Shown here in pieces: positions 29,590-50,200 of a DNA stretch of 64,000 nt. The notes under the pieces are model-generated. The model did no database searches and had not been told where the DNA came from. It worked only from the letters and a program-made list of their open reading frames with translations. How positions within the stretch are numbered: the stretch's first letter is position 1; each line of letters starts with the position of its first letter. The translations under genes were made by a program, and so were the position numbers. Source of the DNA: the human T2T-CHM13v2.0 reference genome, Homo sapiens; assembly GCF_009914755.1 (NCBI RefSeq), contig NC_060927.1. One strand, given 5' to 3'.

Positions 29590-29905
29590 CATGTTAAACA
29601 ATAAATATGATTAGAAAACTGTACATCTGCATGTTAAAAATGTAAAAGTAACCACTAGAAAAATATAGATAGAAGGTATAATTTCCAAACCACTAGAGGA
29701 AAAACAAAATAGAACCAAGACAGTTTGATCAATTTAAGAGTGAAAGAAAACAAAATCATAATTAACTGAAAATACAAAGGAAGATGGCTGAATAAGTCCC
29801 AACAGATCAACAACTACAATAAATGTCAATGTTTTCAACTCACCTATTAAGAGGCAGAGAGTCTCAGATAGGCTTTTGATGAAGTCCAGCTTCTATGTGT
29901 TGATA
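29590..29905 (+). mobile_element. Old L1 fragment (inter-ORF / ORF2 start)
   Basis: caactacaataaatgtcaatg...actcacctattaagaggcagagagtctcagatagg resembles the degenerate ORF2 N-terminus. Confidence 0.65.
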
Positions 29906-30394
29906 AGTAAGGTGAAAGCATCACAAGAGCTCCCTGGGGTTGAAGTTCCTGCCTGCCAACTTCTCTGCACTCCTCCTTACCTCTCCCATCCTGATGCTCC
30001 TAGCCTTAAATCCTCAGAGCTAACGAGCTGGGTCCCTTGCTCTCTGGGTAGCTGAGGAGCACCCTGTGGTCACTCCAGATAGAGTGGGCTGGTTGTCGCA
30101 GTCACTTGTCCTTCACCTCCTTTCTGCAAATCAGGAAGGATGCTCATTCCTGAATTGAATCACATTGCAGGACGAGGTAACTGGCTACAAGTTGCTGGAG
30201 ACCCTAGGACAGCTGCACACTGCCCTCTTGGAGGATTACAGATCCTTCAGTGTCTTTTGTCCCCAGGGCCAAGCCCCTGGAGCACATGTACACAGAGCAC
30301 AGTATCAGGACTCAGCCCTATGTAAATATCTTTAGCCTACTCTCAGCTGGGCCTTTATGGGAGACTCTGAACCCCCCTTAAAAGAAAGGGAAGA

Positions 30395-30771
<377 letters not shown>

Positions 30772-31301
30772 TTATTACAAATGAGGAAACCGAGGTCCAA
30801 AGAGAAAGAATGGTTTGTCTAAAGACGCGCAGTGTGTTAATGGCAGACCTCTCCAATATAATCCCAAATTTGGTTATTCAAATACTGATGTCATGAATTC
30901 TGCCACAGTCAGGGTACAATCTAAATACACGTTTGATTTTTTTCTTTATTTTCTTTCTCTTACAACTTTTTTTTTTTTTTTTTTAGAGACAGAGTCTTGC
31001 TCTGTTATCCAGGCTGGCAGGATGTGAACTCAAGGGCTCAAATCTATCCTCTCCTCTCAGCCTCCTGAGTAGCTAGGACTGCAGGCCCAAAGCACTGTGC
31101 CCAGCTGACAACAATATTTTTCATTTTAAAAGTTTCCTTACCAAAAGACACTTAGTCCATAAAGCAACTTTATGTCACTTGCCATAAACTGAAGGTAACT
31201 CATAAAATGAATGGGGTGAAGACATGTCTTTGGTTAGAAACTGTTGTCATTTCAAACCGTGAGTTCAAAGACTGCTCTTTTCCTGTTAAAAAGGGAGATT
31301 T

Positions 31302-31600
<299 letters not shown>

Positions 31601-32207
31601 GGGAGATTTGCAAGCACTAGAGAGGTGTTAAACACTTATCAGCACCTACCTGAGACCTTTTACTTTTTTTTTTTTAGATAGAGTCTCCCTCTACTTTCTA
31701 TAATAAGAAGGATTGCAAGAGAAATGAAAAAGGATGGACCTTTCTCTCCGTCACGCCGTGTTACTTCATGTGCTTCTGTGCACATCTCCTAATCTCAAGG
31801 ACTTTGTCTCAGGAGTCCTGGGGCCCCAAAGGCTGGCCCTAACCTCCCCACCCCATGTCCCTGCCTATCCATCTGTAAAATGGGGATCATAATCCCTACT
31901 GCTGAGGGATGTTGGAAGCCGAGAAACAGAGTAGGGTAACATGGAAATCCCCAGAGGGTGTCCTCCCGTGTGGCGTTAGAGGTGTTATCATCATCAAATT
32001 TTGAAGGAGGGGGCACCTCTGCAGCTCCCCCAGCCCCCACTGGGAGGGTTGCTCCCTCGGCAGCCATCAGGCTCTGGAGTGAAGTCCTCTATGAGATCGC
32101 TCACATCCCGCCACATGGGCAGGCTGGCAGATTGGCTTCCCTAGGTGGGACACCCCCTCCTCTGCCTGGCTCCCAGTTGAGGCCTCTGTCTCTGCAGGAA
32201 ACCTGGG

Positions 32208-32919
<712 letters not shown>

Positions 32920-34224
32920 CTGGGCTTGTCACGATCCCCACTTTCCCACCCACTCCCTAGCAGGGGCTGTGCTCCCTGGAGCAGGCACTGAAGGTGCCAT
33001 TTATAAAGCCGGAGCTGGAAGAGCCCTGCAGGGTCACCTCGTGCAACCTGACCCTTTTACAGATGGGAAGACTGAGGACAAAGGCAAGGCCTCTTCCCTT
33101 AGACCCTTGGGCACAGTATCTCAGCCAGGAGCTGATCAGAGGTCCGTGAATATATTTGGGTTTGGGAGTGGGGAAGGGAGGGAAAAAAATCACACTGACA
33201 CGTCAAAATGAATAAATGTTTAATTAAATGCCCACAGAACATAACATTAGTCAACTAGTCAATTGCATCTCAACTCCACTCTTGTGTAGTTATACATAAA
33301 TTTTATTTAATGAGGCATGTGGGTGCCTTGTAATATGTTGATATGATGGGGTATGGAAATGCCAAACTAGAACCTAGCAGAGGTCTTAAAATAGCTCTGC
33401 CCACAAAAGAGAAGGGGTTTGCCAAAGAGCCCTCATTCATTCAACAAGCACTAATGAGACTGTGAAGCCAGCAGAGCCCACATGAAGGGCCTCTGACCCT
33501 GCCTGGGGCAGCTCAGTCCTCCCTTGCCTCTGGCTCTCATCTCTGGGTATGCTGTCCTAGACATCTCTCTATCCATCTTCCCTAGAGCAGGGTCCCTGTT
33601 TGCACATATGGGGAAACTGAGGCCCAGAGAAGACAGGGCAGGCGTGAAGTCACATCGAGATTCACTCAGTGGCAGAGCTGGGATCAGCATCCAGACTCCC
33701 CTGCCACGCCCCTCCTGGAAGCCGGCAGGCCAACATCCCCAGGGACCCTTCCCCACCCCTCATGAATATTCCCACGGCTGACCCAGCCCTCCCGCTTCCA
33801 GAAGTCTGCAAGAAAACCCATTACAGATTCATGAGGCACCTACTGCATTTCTAATTAAGAGAACACAGTTATTCTAATTTTAACATCCCTCTCTACTACC
33901 TCCGTCCCCTCCCCTTCCCCTGCATTTATATAAGGGATGTTTCTGCCTCCTGAGAGTGTGATGCAGCCCGGATCTCTCGCCTGTTGCTTGGGATGAGTCA
34001 TCTTTTGGAGGGCTCTTTGTAATGCGGGTGACGCTTGTTCTGAGGTCCCTGACAGACACTTCCCCATTAAGCAAAGAACACCAACCCAGGGGCACTGGAC
34101 CAGGCTGGAGGTTGGAGGGCTCAGCTCCTGTTGACCAAGACCCTTAAAATAAAATCCAGCCACCACCCCAGGCCTTCGGGGCTCTGCCTGGGCTTGCCCT
34201 GTAACTGACTTGTCTACCCTAGTA

Positions 34225-34396
34225 TAGGGTTGCCAGATAAAATACAGGGCGCTTAGTTACACTGGAATTTCAGATAAACAACAAATCATTTTTTTTAGTA
34301 CAAGTATGTTCCATGCAACTTCAGGACACTTGCACTTGAAAAAAATCAGTCATTGCTTATCTGAAATTTCAGTTTACCTGGCCATCTGGCAACCTA
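34225..34396. mobile_element. MER53-like palindromic DNA element (MITE)
   Basis: Terminal inverted repeats tagggttgccagat...atctggcaaccta and internal inverted gaatttcagataa / ttatctgaaatttc. Confidence 0.8.
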
Positions 34397-34788
34397 CTCC
34401 GGCCACACTGGCCCTTTGCTGTCCCATAATCCCGATAACTTTCCCACCACAGGGCCTTTTCATGTGCTGTTCCTTCAGCCTGGGACCCCTACCCCCACCC
34501 CAACTCCCTGACACTGAGGTCTCACTTCAGATGTCACTGCTGCAGAGCAGTCTTCCCTGAGCACCAGACAGAAGTGGGGGCCGCCACCATCCTCCCTCCT
34601 ATGGCCTTGTCTTATCTTTCTCGTGGCACTTGGCACCGCCTTGGAAACAATCTTATTTACTGACTTTTCTGTCTCCCCCACTAGAACATCAGGTCTGTGA
34701 GAGAAGCTGAGCCCATCCAGCAGAGGGCAGGGTGCAGTCAGTGCCCAACGCATGTGTGTCCAATGATGTTTAGTATTTCTTTCTTTTT

Positions 34789-35782
<994 letters not shown>

Positions 35783-36859
35783 ACTTTCTTTAATTAACTC
35801 ATTTGATCCTCAAATCAACCCAAACGATGGAGGTGCTGTTAGTGCCTCCATTTCCCAGGTGTGGAAGCAGAGGCACAGAGAGAGCAGGCAGCTTGCTCAT
35901 AGTCACACAGCTGATAAGAAGTGGAGCCCGGATTGGAATGCAGGCCTTCTGGCTCCAGGCCCTGCAGATAAAGCCGTGGCCTGGTCCAGCCCGTCACTAT
36001 ACTAACTTCAGTGTTTACTCAGCTGACCTGCAGAAGGCCAGCCCTGGCCACACAGCCTTAGCCCTCTCTTGACCTCAGCCTTGCCCTTGATGCCACCACC
36101 ACCACTGCCCAGCACAAAGCACAGCTCCTGACCCCGCTTGTCTTTGCAGATAAACAATGGGTGATTTTTTTAGTACAAGTACATCCCAAGCAGCTCCTTC
36201 CCTCTTTTGGGAACCGTTCCCTGTTTTCCTGTTACCACTCCTTCAAGATGCCTGAGGAAGCCTCAGGATGCCACTTCCAGGGAACCCATCCTGATCATCC
36301 TTATCCTCACCACTGGAGTGAGGAGAGGAGCTTCCTCAGCACTGGCCCCGCTCTGGCCCTGGTCTGAGCCTGCGCTTCACCACACTATGAACTCAGAAGC
36401 ATAGGGGTGGGCTGAAGGCCTCCCAGAGTCCCAGCACCACAGAGATGAATGCGGAATTGCAAGGTCCATCCTCCCATCAGCAGGAAACCTCAGCTTCTGT
36501 CATCTTTTCTGTTCTCAGAATAACTTTGGTCCCTGTCCCAGCCTGTCCCTGACCAACCAGAGTTGACTCCTCTGGCGTGGACCGGAGCAGAGACAGAGAA
36601 TTAGGGTGGCTGGTTCCTGGAGGGGCTTGCAGGAACAAAATCCATGTAGGAATTTTGGCTCAACGCCTCTCAAGACCCACCCAGAAGAAAGCGCATGCCA
36701 CGTCTAGGTAGTTGTCCAAGGGAAATAACCAGACAAGGGCAGAGCTGTCTGCACCAGGACGTTCATTTCAGCATTGTTGATGACACTGACACATTGGAAG
36801 CAAGCTGGGTGCCCCTTAACTGGGGATGGGTGAGGCCACCAATGCCACATCTATGCCTC

Positions 36860-37275
36860 TGCTGCAGCCTCCCTCGCTCTCTGCTGATCAGTCATGATAG
36901 CCACACGCCCTCAGCCTGGAACCTTTGAATGGTTGTGCCTGTGCCTGGAACACTCTCCCCCACCCACCTGTCCTCACTTGGCTACCACTTACTCTTCAAA
37001 TGCCAGCCCAGTCATCACTTCCCTGTGAGGTCCCTCCCTGACCAGGTCAAATCCCCCAATAACATGTGTCTTCTTCCAGGAACTTGTCACATCGGCCATG
37101 GTCTGTGTACAGAGTGAAGCTTGGTGTATCTTTTCCCCCTAGTTGGACTGTAAACTCTGTTAAGGTAGAAATGGATCTGCTCTATTTCCCAGTGTAAACT
37201 CAGAACCTAGGAAAGTGCCTGGAACACAATAGGCGCTTAATATTTGTTGAATGAATGATGAATGACTGATGGATA
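36860..37275. mobile_element. L2 3'-end fragment
   Basis: gtgcctggaacacaataggcgcttaatatttgttgaatgaatga is the typical L2 terminus. Confidence 0.65.
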
Positions 37276-37429
37276 GAGGCCCGTACTTATTGGCAGGGCA
37301 CACACAGGAAGAGTCCTGGAGGAAAGAGCAGCATGCTGAAGTGGAATCACAATCAGCAAAGGGGCTGCAGGTGATGCCTCTGTTCTTGCTTATCTGTATT
37401 TTCTACTTCAATTAACTCCCACTACTCTG

Positions 37430-37565
37430 TGATTAGAAAAGTGCACACCCAGGGGCTGGTTGAAATGCAGGTTCTGATTCAGCAGGTCTGGGGCCGGAGA
37501 GTCAGCCTTTCTAGTGAGCTCCCGGGGTGCCGCTGCTGTGATCTGAGGACCCAGTGTGAGCAGTG
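37430..37565. mobile_element. MER5A-like DNA transposon fragment
   Basis: aaatgcaggttctgattcagcaggtctgggg...tttctagtgagctcccgggg. Confidence 0.6.
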
Positions 37566-38676
37566 AGGTTGAAGAGTGTCGCATGGAGAAAGAGGAGAAG
37601 GTGGTTAGAGAGCCGGAGAAACGGGGAAGAGAGGGAAGGGGAAGGGGCAGAAGAGCAGTCCCACAGGTGGTGAGGCCTCTGCTCATCTGTCAGCCCCCAG
37701 TGCAGGTGCCAGGCAAGGGAGAGAAGACTGCCCGGACACTGCCCTGAAGCTTCCCAGGGCACAGTGGATGAGAGGATGGGAGGAGGCCCTGTGTCGTGGA
37801 GGGTGGATGGAGAGATGGTCAGCTAGGGGCAGCACTGCTGGGTGGGGTGACAGATGTAGTTCGGGGATTAGGAGCCCCACATTTGACTTTTTCTCGGGCA
37901 TCTCCTAGTGACTTGCTCTCTACAGGCCTGGCTCCATGTCCCTCTCTCACATGTCCCCAATCAGGCAGGGAGAAGTGACAAGTTCATAGTGTCTTTCAGA
38001 CCCCAGTGGCAGTATTTGTTGGTTACACTGGGCTGGGCTTTGAGGAAAGGATGGCCCCTGTCCCACTGGTGCAGCGGTGGCTCTGAGGCCCCACCTCCCT
38101 CCTGCTGAGGGCAGAGCAGCCCCTGGAGTTCAGCACATCTGCTCCCTGAGAGCTCGGCTGATGGGACAGGCTGGGGCCTGGGCGTTGGGTCCTCTCCTTG
38201 CCGGGACTCTCAGTAGGCAAGGGATGGGAACCAAGTGGGCAGAGCCTGGCAGGACAGTCAGAACTAGAAGCAGAAGCCTGGGCCTGCTCCTACTGCTCCT
38301 TGGGGTGGCAGGGGGAGCCAGGTTACAGGACAAACAGGCAGTGGCAAGGCAAGGATGCACATTTTCCCCAAATACAGGCCCGTCCACAGCCCCGGGCTGC
38401 AGTCATCCCCTCAGCTGCCACAGAGGGGAATGCATCCCCGCCCAACACACTTACCCCTCGAATAAACTTCCTAGCCCAGCTCCAAACACGCCACACCCCT
38501 GCTCAGGCACCATCCATGCCTCCCCACTGCCTACAGTAGAGGGCTGACTTCTTTTCTGTTCTCTTAAAGAATTTTAGCAAAACTATACCCCCCAACATTT
38601 TAAGTTGACATCTATAACTTCATCCTGTTTAATGTTATACTTTCATTAATAGGAACTAGAAAATATTAAACATTGT

Positions 38677-38970
38677 GGCTGGGCATGATGGCTCACGCCT
38701 GTAATCCCAGCACTTTGGGGGTCTGAGGCGGGAGGATCGCCCGAGGTCAGGAGTTCGAGACCAGCCTGGCTAACATGGTGAAATCCTGTCTCTACTAAAA
38801 ATACAAAAATTAGCTGGCGTGGTGGCAGGCACCTGTAATCCCAGCTACTCAGGAGGCTGAGGCAGAGAATTGCTTGAACCTGGGAGGCGGAGGTTGCAGT
38901 GAGCCGAGATCTTGCCATTGCATGCTAGCTAGGGAGAAAACAGCGAGACTCCGTCTCAAAAAAAAAAAAA
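38677..38970 (+). mobile_element. Alu (AluS-like)
   Basis: Alu consensus. Confidence 0.92.
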
Positions 38971-39952
38971 ATACAATGAGGGCTAACTGTAATTGGAAAA
39001 TGTTATGATACAACTTGATGAAATAGCTCTCAATTATCAAATTAACTCACTCAGAATCTGAAGTTATGTGAACCTTTATTGAGTGAGTTGTATCCATTTT
39101 GTATTTCCAAATGTGGGAATCCTAACAGAGGCCAGTCACACTGAGTCGATATCGCTGGCTTCTGCTCCCCAGCTGTTGTGAATTCAGAGCATCTCAGCTC
39201 AGCTGAGCTGCCCCCAGGTGATGCTCTAAGATGAAGAATGACCCAGGTATCCCACAGCAGGACCTCTGGCCTCTCTGGGGGCCCAGGAGCTTTGAATGCC
39301 CAGGGCAACAGGGCAATATGCCGTAACTCCATTGTAAATGGGTGAGAAGGTGAACCCAGGCTGCTGCCCGGAAATCCTCACCGCTTAAGACTGTGCCTGC
39401 AGGAGCCTAGAAGTTTCTGACCTTGCCTCCAATTGCCCCTCCCCCACCCCATGAGATGCCCCTTGTTCCAGCCCCATTCCGACTTCACCCCCTCCCAGAG
39501 CCTCCTCCACCCCATCAACTGGGCGCAGTCTCTTCTCCAAGGCTCCAGCACCTTCCATTCTGTGAAGGTCCTTTGAGCCTGGGCTGTCTCCCTCGCTGCC
39601 CCGCACGGAGGAGCCCCACCTGACTCATAGCTCTGCCCCTTCCCAGCCCGCCCCCAGGACGCTGCCAGCACATAACGTGAGCTAATGAATGGCAGTGGAA
39701 TAAATACATGGGCAGGCAGGCATCAGGAGCAGACGCCTACGTCCCTAGGAGGCGATAATGGCAACTCAACTCTCTGGGCTTGGAGACAAAATTATCCACC
39801 TGGCAGCCAACAGGAATCGGCCTCCAGCTCAGGTGCCTAAGAAACAGCTCTTAATAATTTTCCTTTAATTTAGAACTTGAGCCTTAATTCCCCTCCCACA
39901 TTCTGGCTAGAACTGCCATTTCAGTCGTTCCTTAAAACTTAACAAAGGGATT

Positions 39953-40432
<480 letters not shown>

Positions 40433-40444
40433 CTAATATGCACA

Positions 40445-40850
<406 letters not shown>

Positions 40851-41110
40851 CTAAAGCCAGTCCTTCCCCATCTCTGCAATGACGGTTTGGAGTAGACTGG
40901 GACAACGGTGGCCTCCTCTGCTCTAACTGCACAGGCTGACTGGTGGTGACCACCTGGATGCTAGGTCGTAAGGAGCACTGAGGGAGTTCTGCTTCTGCAG
41001 GAAAGTGATGGGAGCGACAAGCAATATCTGCCAGGGCCAGAGGAGGCAGTGTGGAGACACATATGCCAGGCTTTTACCAAGTAGGAAGAAATTCAGACAT
41101 TGAAAACTGG

Positions 41111-41306
41111 TGGCCAGGTGGGGCTTGGTGGCTCATGCCTGTAATCCCAGCAGTTTGGGAGGCTGAGGCGTGAGGATCACTTGAGCCCATGAGGTCGAGG
41201 CTGTAGCGGGCTGAGATTGTGATACTGCACTGGGTGACAGAGTGAGACTTTGTCTCAACAACAACAACACACACAACACAACAACAGCAAAACACATACA
41301 AAAAAA
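41111..41306 (+). mobile_element. Monomer-length Alu (FRAM-like or internally deleted AluJ)
   Basis: Alu 5' end joined to a right-arm 3' end; TSD aaaactggtggcc. Confidence 0.75.
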
Positions 41307-42259
41307 CTGGTGGCCCAAGGACAGTTGTTTTGGCTCACTGTAGGTTGTTTTTTACAGTTTTTAAAAGTTGAATTTTATTGCCATTATTTATCTATTAGGT
41401 TTTATCCCAAGAAAGGTGGATGAGGGGAGTCTGGAAAACCAGAGGAATTGGCCCCAGTGGGGCTTTGTTCCCATCTGGCCACAGCAGCTGGAGCCAAGCA
41501 GGCAAGGCCATGCAGTCCAGGTCACCAGCATCTGACCCCCTGGCTCGGGTGTGTCTACCTGGCCTGGCAGCATCCATGTTTGTGACCCCTGGACTTGATT
41601 ATTGATTTGTTTCTGTTGGTCCAGTGAGTGGCAGAGGGGACTACTGCTAAGAAACAACTCCTGGAGAGGTGTGTCACGGTCCCCAAGAGACTGGGGATGG
41701 CTTCCCTGGACCACCTAGGAAGACAAAGGAAGAAAAGTTCACGTTTATTGAGCATCAAATGTTTGCTCACCACTGTTGTGGGTTGTGGTGGGGGAAGGGG
41801 TGGTTCAACTCAGTAATTACGCCCACGTGGCAATGCTACGAAGGTCATATAATTACCATTTTGCAAACAGGGAAACTGAGGCTCAAACATGAAGGTTCCA
41901 AGGTCATCCAGCAGGTGAGTGGCAGAGGCAGGATTTGCTTTGCACCTGGGCCCCATCCACCAGGTTCGCTGGCTGCTGCTCTTGCCCCCCGACTCTCCCC
42001 CGTCCACTGAGAAAGACCCCAACAAGGAAGCTACTATGCTTGAAAGCAAGGAAGCAAGGGGTCTTTCAGATTCCACTTTCCAACTTTCCTGGTTCTTGTC
42101 AGTGGTCTTTATGGGCTTTCAGTGAAGCCTCTCCAAATGGAAGTGGTCGCCTGATGAGCTATGAAATCTTCCGCAGAGGTTCATTTGCTAATTACATACA
42201 ACAGAAAACTTAACAACGTGATAGACGATCACCCAGCCTGTGACCTCGGGTTTTGCTTC

Positions 42260-45990
<3,731 letters not shown>

Positions 45991-47797
45991 AAAAGTTCTT
46001 CTTTATGATTATAAAATAATTCATGAGACAGTCCACAGCTGAGCTGGTCTGAGGGAAGTGGGTGCAAGGCTCCCACAGTGGATGCCCCTACCCAGGAGGG
46101 CAGAAGAAGGTACACATCGGGGGAGCAAACTCTGGTGCCAGTCAACCAGGATTTGAATCCTGGTTCTGCCACTTGCCAGTGTGTGACCAGGCGAGTGGCT
46201 TCACCTTGTGGGCCTCGGTTTCACCATCTGTAGGTGGATGGGCCTGCCTCCTAGGGCTGTGGCGGGGATGAAGTGAGCTGGTGACTGGAAACGCTCAGCA
46301 TGTGCTAGCAGGTGGCGTGCAGGAAACAGCGGCGGCTTTGAGCATTCACCCTGCCTCTCGGCTTCTTCCAGCCATCTACACGGATCTACAGACTGCTGGG
46401 AACCATGCTGGTGGCCAGAGGTGGTTCTGTCAAGTTGGCTTCATTTGGCGCTGGCCCAGGTGGCTTGGAGTTGGCTGAAAGGAGTGGTTTGGAAGAGACT
46501 GAGTCAGCCCTCTCTGTTTTCTGTCCTGTGGTCCCTCCCTTCAGCCAATTCTCCCCTGAGCTGTGTCTGGTGGGCACTCTCAGCCTGTTCTGAGTTTCAG
46601 CCTCCACCTGCCCCCCTGAACCCTGCTCCTCTCCACACTGACCTGAGGCTCAGGATGTTCCAGAAAGTAGAACCCAGAGTTGGGGAAACCCAGAATCACA
46701 TTCCTTCATGGGGGTTCATTCATGCATTCATTCCACAAACCATCCTGAGAACATCCCTCCCACTGTGGCCCTGCCATAAGGCTGCAATGGAGAGTGAGGC
46801 TGGGCAGGATGGTTTCATGTGGGCACAGGACTCACAATGATGGAGCGATGTGTCCTGTGGAGCCACATTCCCATCCACCCCCATAGCAGCCTCTAGTGTG
46901 TGGCTGACCACACCCTTGCCCAGAGAAGGAGATGGGAGCGCAGGAGGGGGCAGGCCCAGCATCGCACAGCCTTGCTGTGCCCTGTCCTCAGAGGCTCCTG
47001 ACTGGGTGCCTGGCTAGGCCTGAGGCCAGGGATGCCCAGGACACCCTGTCCCAGCAGGATGGGCTGAGAGGGCCCACCAGACAGCCCAGAGGGAATCCAC
47101 AAAGGGAGGGAACATGAGAGACGGAAAACATCTGCCTTCACTGGATTCAGCCAGAAGGGAACCATAGCATGTTTCTTACCTGTCACAGGTTGCTGCAACA
47201 CTGCTGCCTACCACGCTGTCCCCAGGAACCATCACTCTTTTCATAGCCGTGGGCTGCAGGCCAGGTGATCCGGGATTGGCAGGTCCCTTGCAGGTGTCCT
47301 TCCTCCTGCTTGGACCTGCAGCTACCTGGGCTTCCTGATTACTACATCAATGGCAGGGGCATGAGGAGGGTGAGGGATGCCCAGCACAGACCCATGGTCC
47401 TTCTCACCCATGCCAACCAAAGCAAGTCACATGACCACACCTAGCCTCAATGGGCAGAAGGAACTGCAAAGGCATGTGGGAGAGGGCGTGCACAGAGGGA
47501 GGCTGAGGGTCTGGGGACAGACCCTCAGGAAGCACCTGCTTCCTGCTGGGAGCCACTCTGGGCAGGTGGTGGGTAGGACACATGTCAGGAGGGCCCTTTT
47601 GCAGGTGAGGAAACTACTGTGGCCCAGAGAGATAAATTTCTCTCCAGCCCCAGAACAAAGTGGACCTAGACTCCTGGTCACCTGATTGCTAAGCTCTCAC
47701 CAGCCTAGACCTGTGCTACCCACCCCTGACACCCCAGGTTCAGTGTTCCCTGCTACTGAGTGTTCGCAGACTTTGTGATGTAACATTTCCAGGATGC

Positions 47798-48234
<437 letters not shown>

Positions 48235-48581
48235 CTATATGATGTACTATATTTTTAGTGCTAAATGGTGCTAAAAGCCTTTTCTGGCAACCATTAGAGA
48301 CAGAGAGTTGCTTGGTTAGCTTGGGAGCAGAAAGCTGAACTGTGTGGCATCACCTGGTTTTGTCAATGTGCCTTCTTGGGCACACTCACTTGCTGGCAAG
48401 ATCTGGCTGCGTCCAGATGCACTTGCATTTGCCAACCTGAATGTGCTTGAAAATGATGCTCACCCTTTGGGGAGAATAAAGCTCAGACCTCCAGCTCTGC
48501 CAGGCCCCAGAGTATCATAGATGGGTAAAGGGAAGAAATCATCACCATCAGACAGAAATCTCAGCAACGATCACACCCTCT

Positions 48582-50026
48582 TAAAAAATCACATAGAACT
48601 TTATTAAATAAACCAGTAGAAAGGCTCCTATTTACATCCAGGTTGTCAGTTTAAGCTCAAGTAATATGCAAGGCACAATTCTTCCTTTCTCCAGCTTTAG
48701 AAAAATCAACCACATGGCCCAGCCCTGAAGGACTGAAGGGAGCTTGTGCGGGATCCCGTCATCCTGGACTCTCCACACAGCGTCCACGCATGGATGGCCA
48801 TGGGCATGAGTCTCTGGATCTCCCTGAGGGTGGCCCAGCCTCGGCCTGGAGCACAGGGGCCTGTGATCTGAGAATCTCAGATCCAGAATCAGGAGCTGGG
48901 AAGAGAGGACTTTTCCAAGGGTCTCCTCCCCCAGGCCCTGGGGAGTCCCTTCTGGATGGGCAGGCCCTGGGCTGGTGGCCGCCCTCCATCATTGGCCCAG
49001 GCCGGGCTCTAGGGCCGGCTGGGAAGCTGTCTGGGGCCCTGCGCCTGATAAGCTGCCATGAAAGTGGCCGCCTCTCACACTGGCAGGCGGTGGCTCAGAT
49101 CTGCTGAGGTTCTGGAGTGGCACAGGAACAGGAGGAGCAAATGACACTGGGTCTTTGTGCTGAGGCAGGACACAGCGGCTTTCCGAAACACACACACAGA
49201 AAATATGACTCCTGCTGCCATCTCAAGGACATTTTCCTAAGGACAGTCCTGGTGTCCTGATGGAGTGAAAGGGATCACACGTGGGATGTCCCAGCAGGGC
49301 CTAAGCCAAGTCCATCAGATGTCTCAACGGCTTATGAAACAAAAACAGAGGACTGAAGTCTGTTCACAGTGGCCCATGGTTGGGCAGCAGCCCTGGGTGA
49401 GCTCCTGTGTTCTCCAGCCTCTCGCTCACCCAGGGCTTGGCTATCCTGGCCTCCAGGTGCTGGTTCCTGAGGCTTCCCTTGCGGCAGTGGCGCAGATACA
49501 GGGACACTCATGTCCCATTGCTCCTCAGAAGTCCTAGCAGCAGCCAGACTAGGGGCAAAGTAAGTTTTCACAGGGGGAAAAACCCCACCAAAAACCCCCT
49601 AAAGTAACTGGACAATCCTTTCCCTGAGACCACTACAGTAACATCACCCACAGACAACTTCTAAAGAGCACTTCTAACTGCTCAAAGTCTTGAGAAGGGA
49701 AAGATTTTAGCAAGGCTAGGAAAATAAAAATGCAACAGCACATTGTCCAGAAACCCTAGACAACCATGCAAAAAGGAATGAGCCAAAAAGTCTTAGCTTT
49801 GTAAGACTTGAAAGGAAAAAAACACACATTTAAAACTCCTACATAAAATGAGCTAATGGGCAGAGCCGAAACTACAGCTCTGTGTGAAGAGACGGCAGTG
49901 AAGCTGGCCTGGGGCCGGGGCACTCATCTGGAGGGGCTTGTTCCAGTGTGAATGCAGCAGGGATGTTCCATCTTGGGGGTGCACGAGGCTCGGCTGAGAC
50001 CCATCCTCCGGGAACCTTCACGCGGC
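48582..50026 (-). other. NUP210: NUP210 3' UTR (~1.45 kb; 3' end approximate)
   Basis: Runs from the stop codon to the AATAAA at 48600-48605; no Alu in this stretch. Confidence 0.8.
48600..48605 (-). terminator. NUP210: NUP210 polyadenylation signal AATAAA
   Basis: TTTATT on plus; upstream UGUA element near 48633-48636; GU-rich sequence downstream on minus (gagggtgtgatcgttgctgagatttctgtctg). Confidence 0.8.
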
Positions 50027-50200
<174 letters not shown>

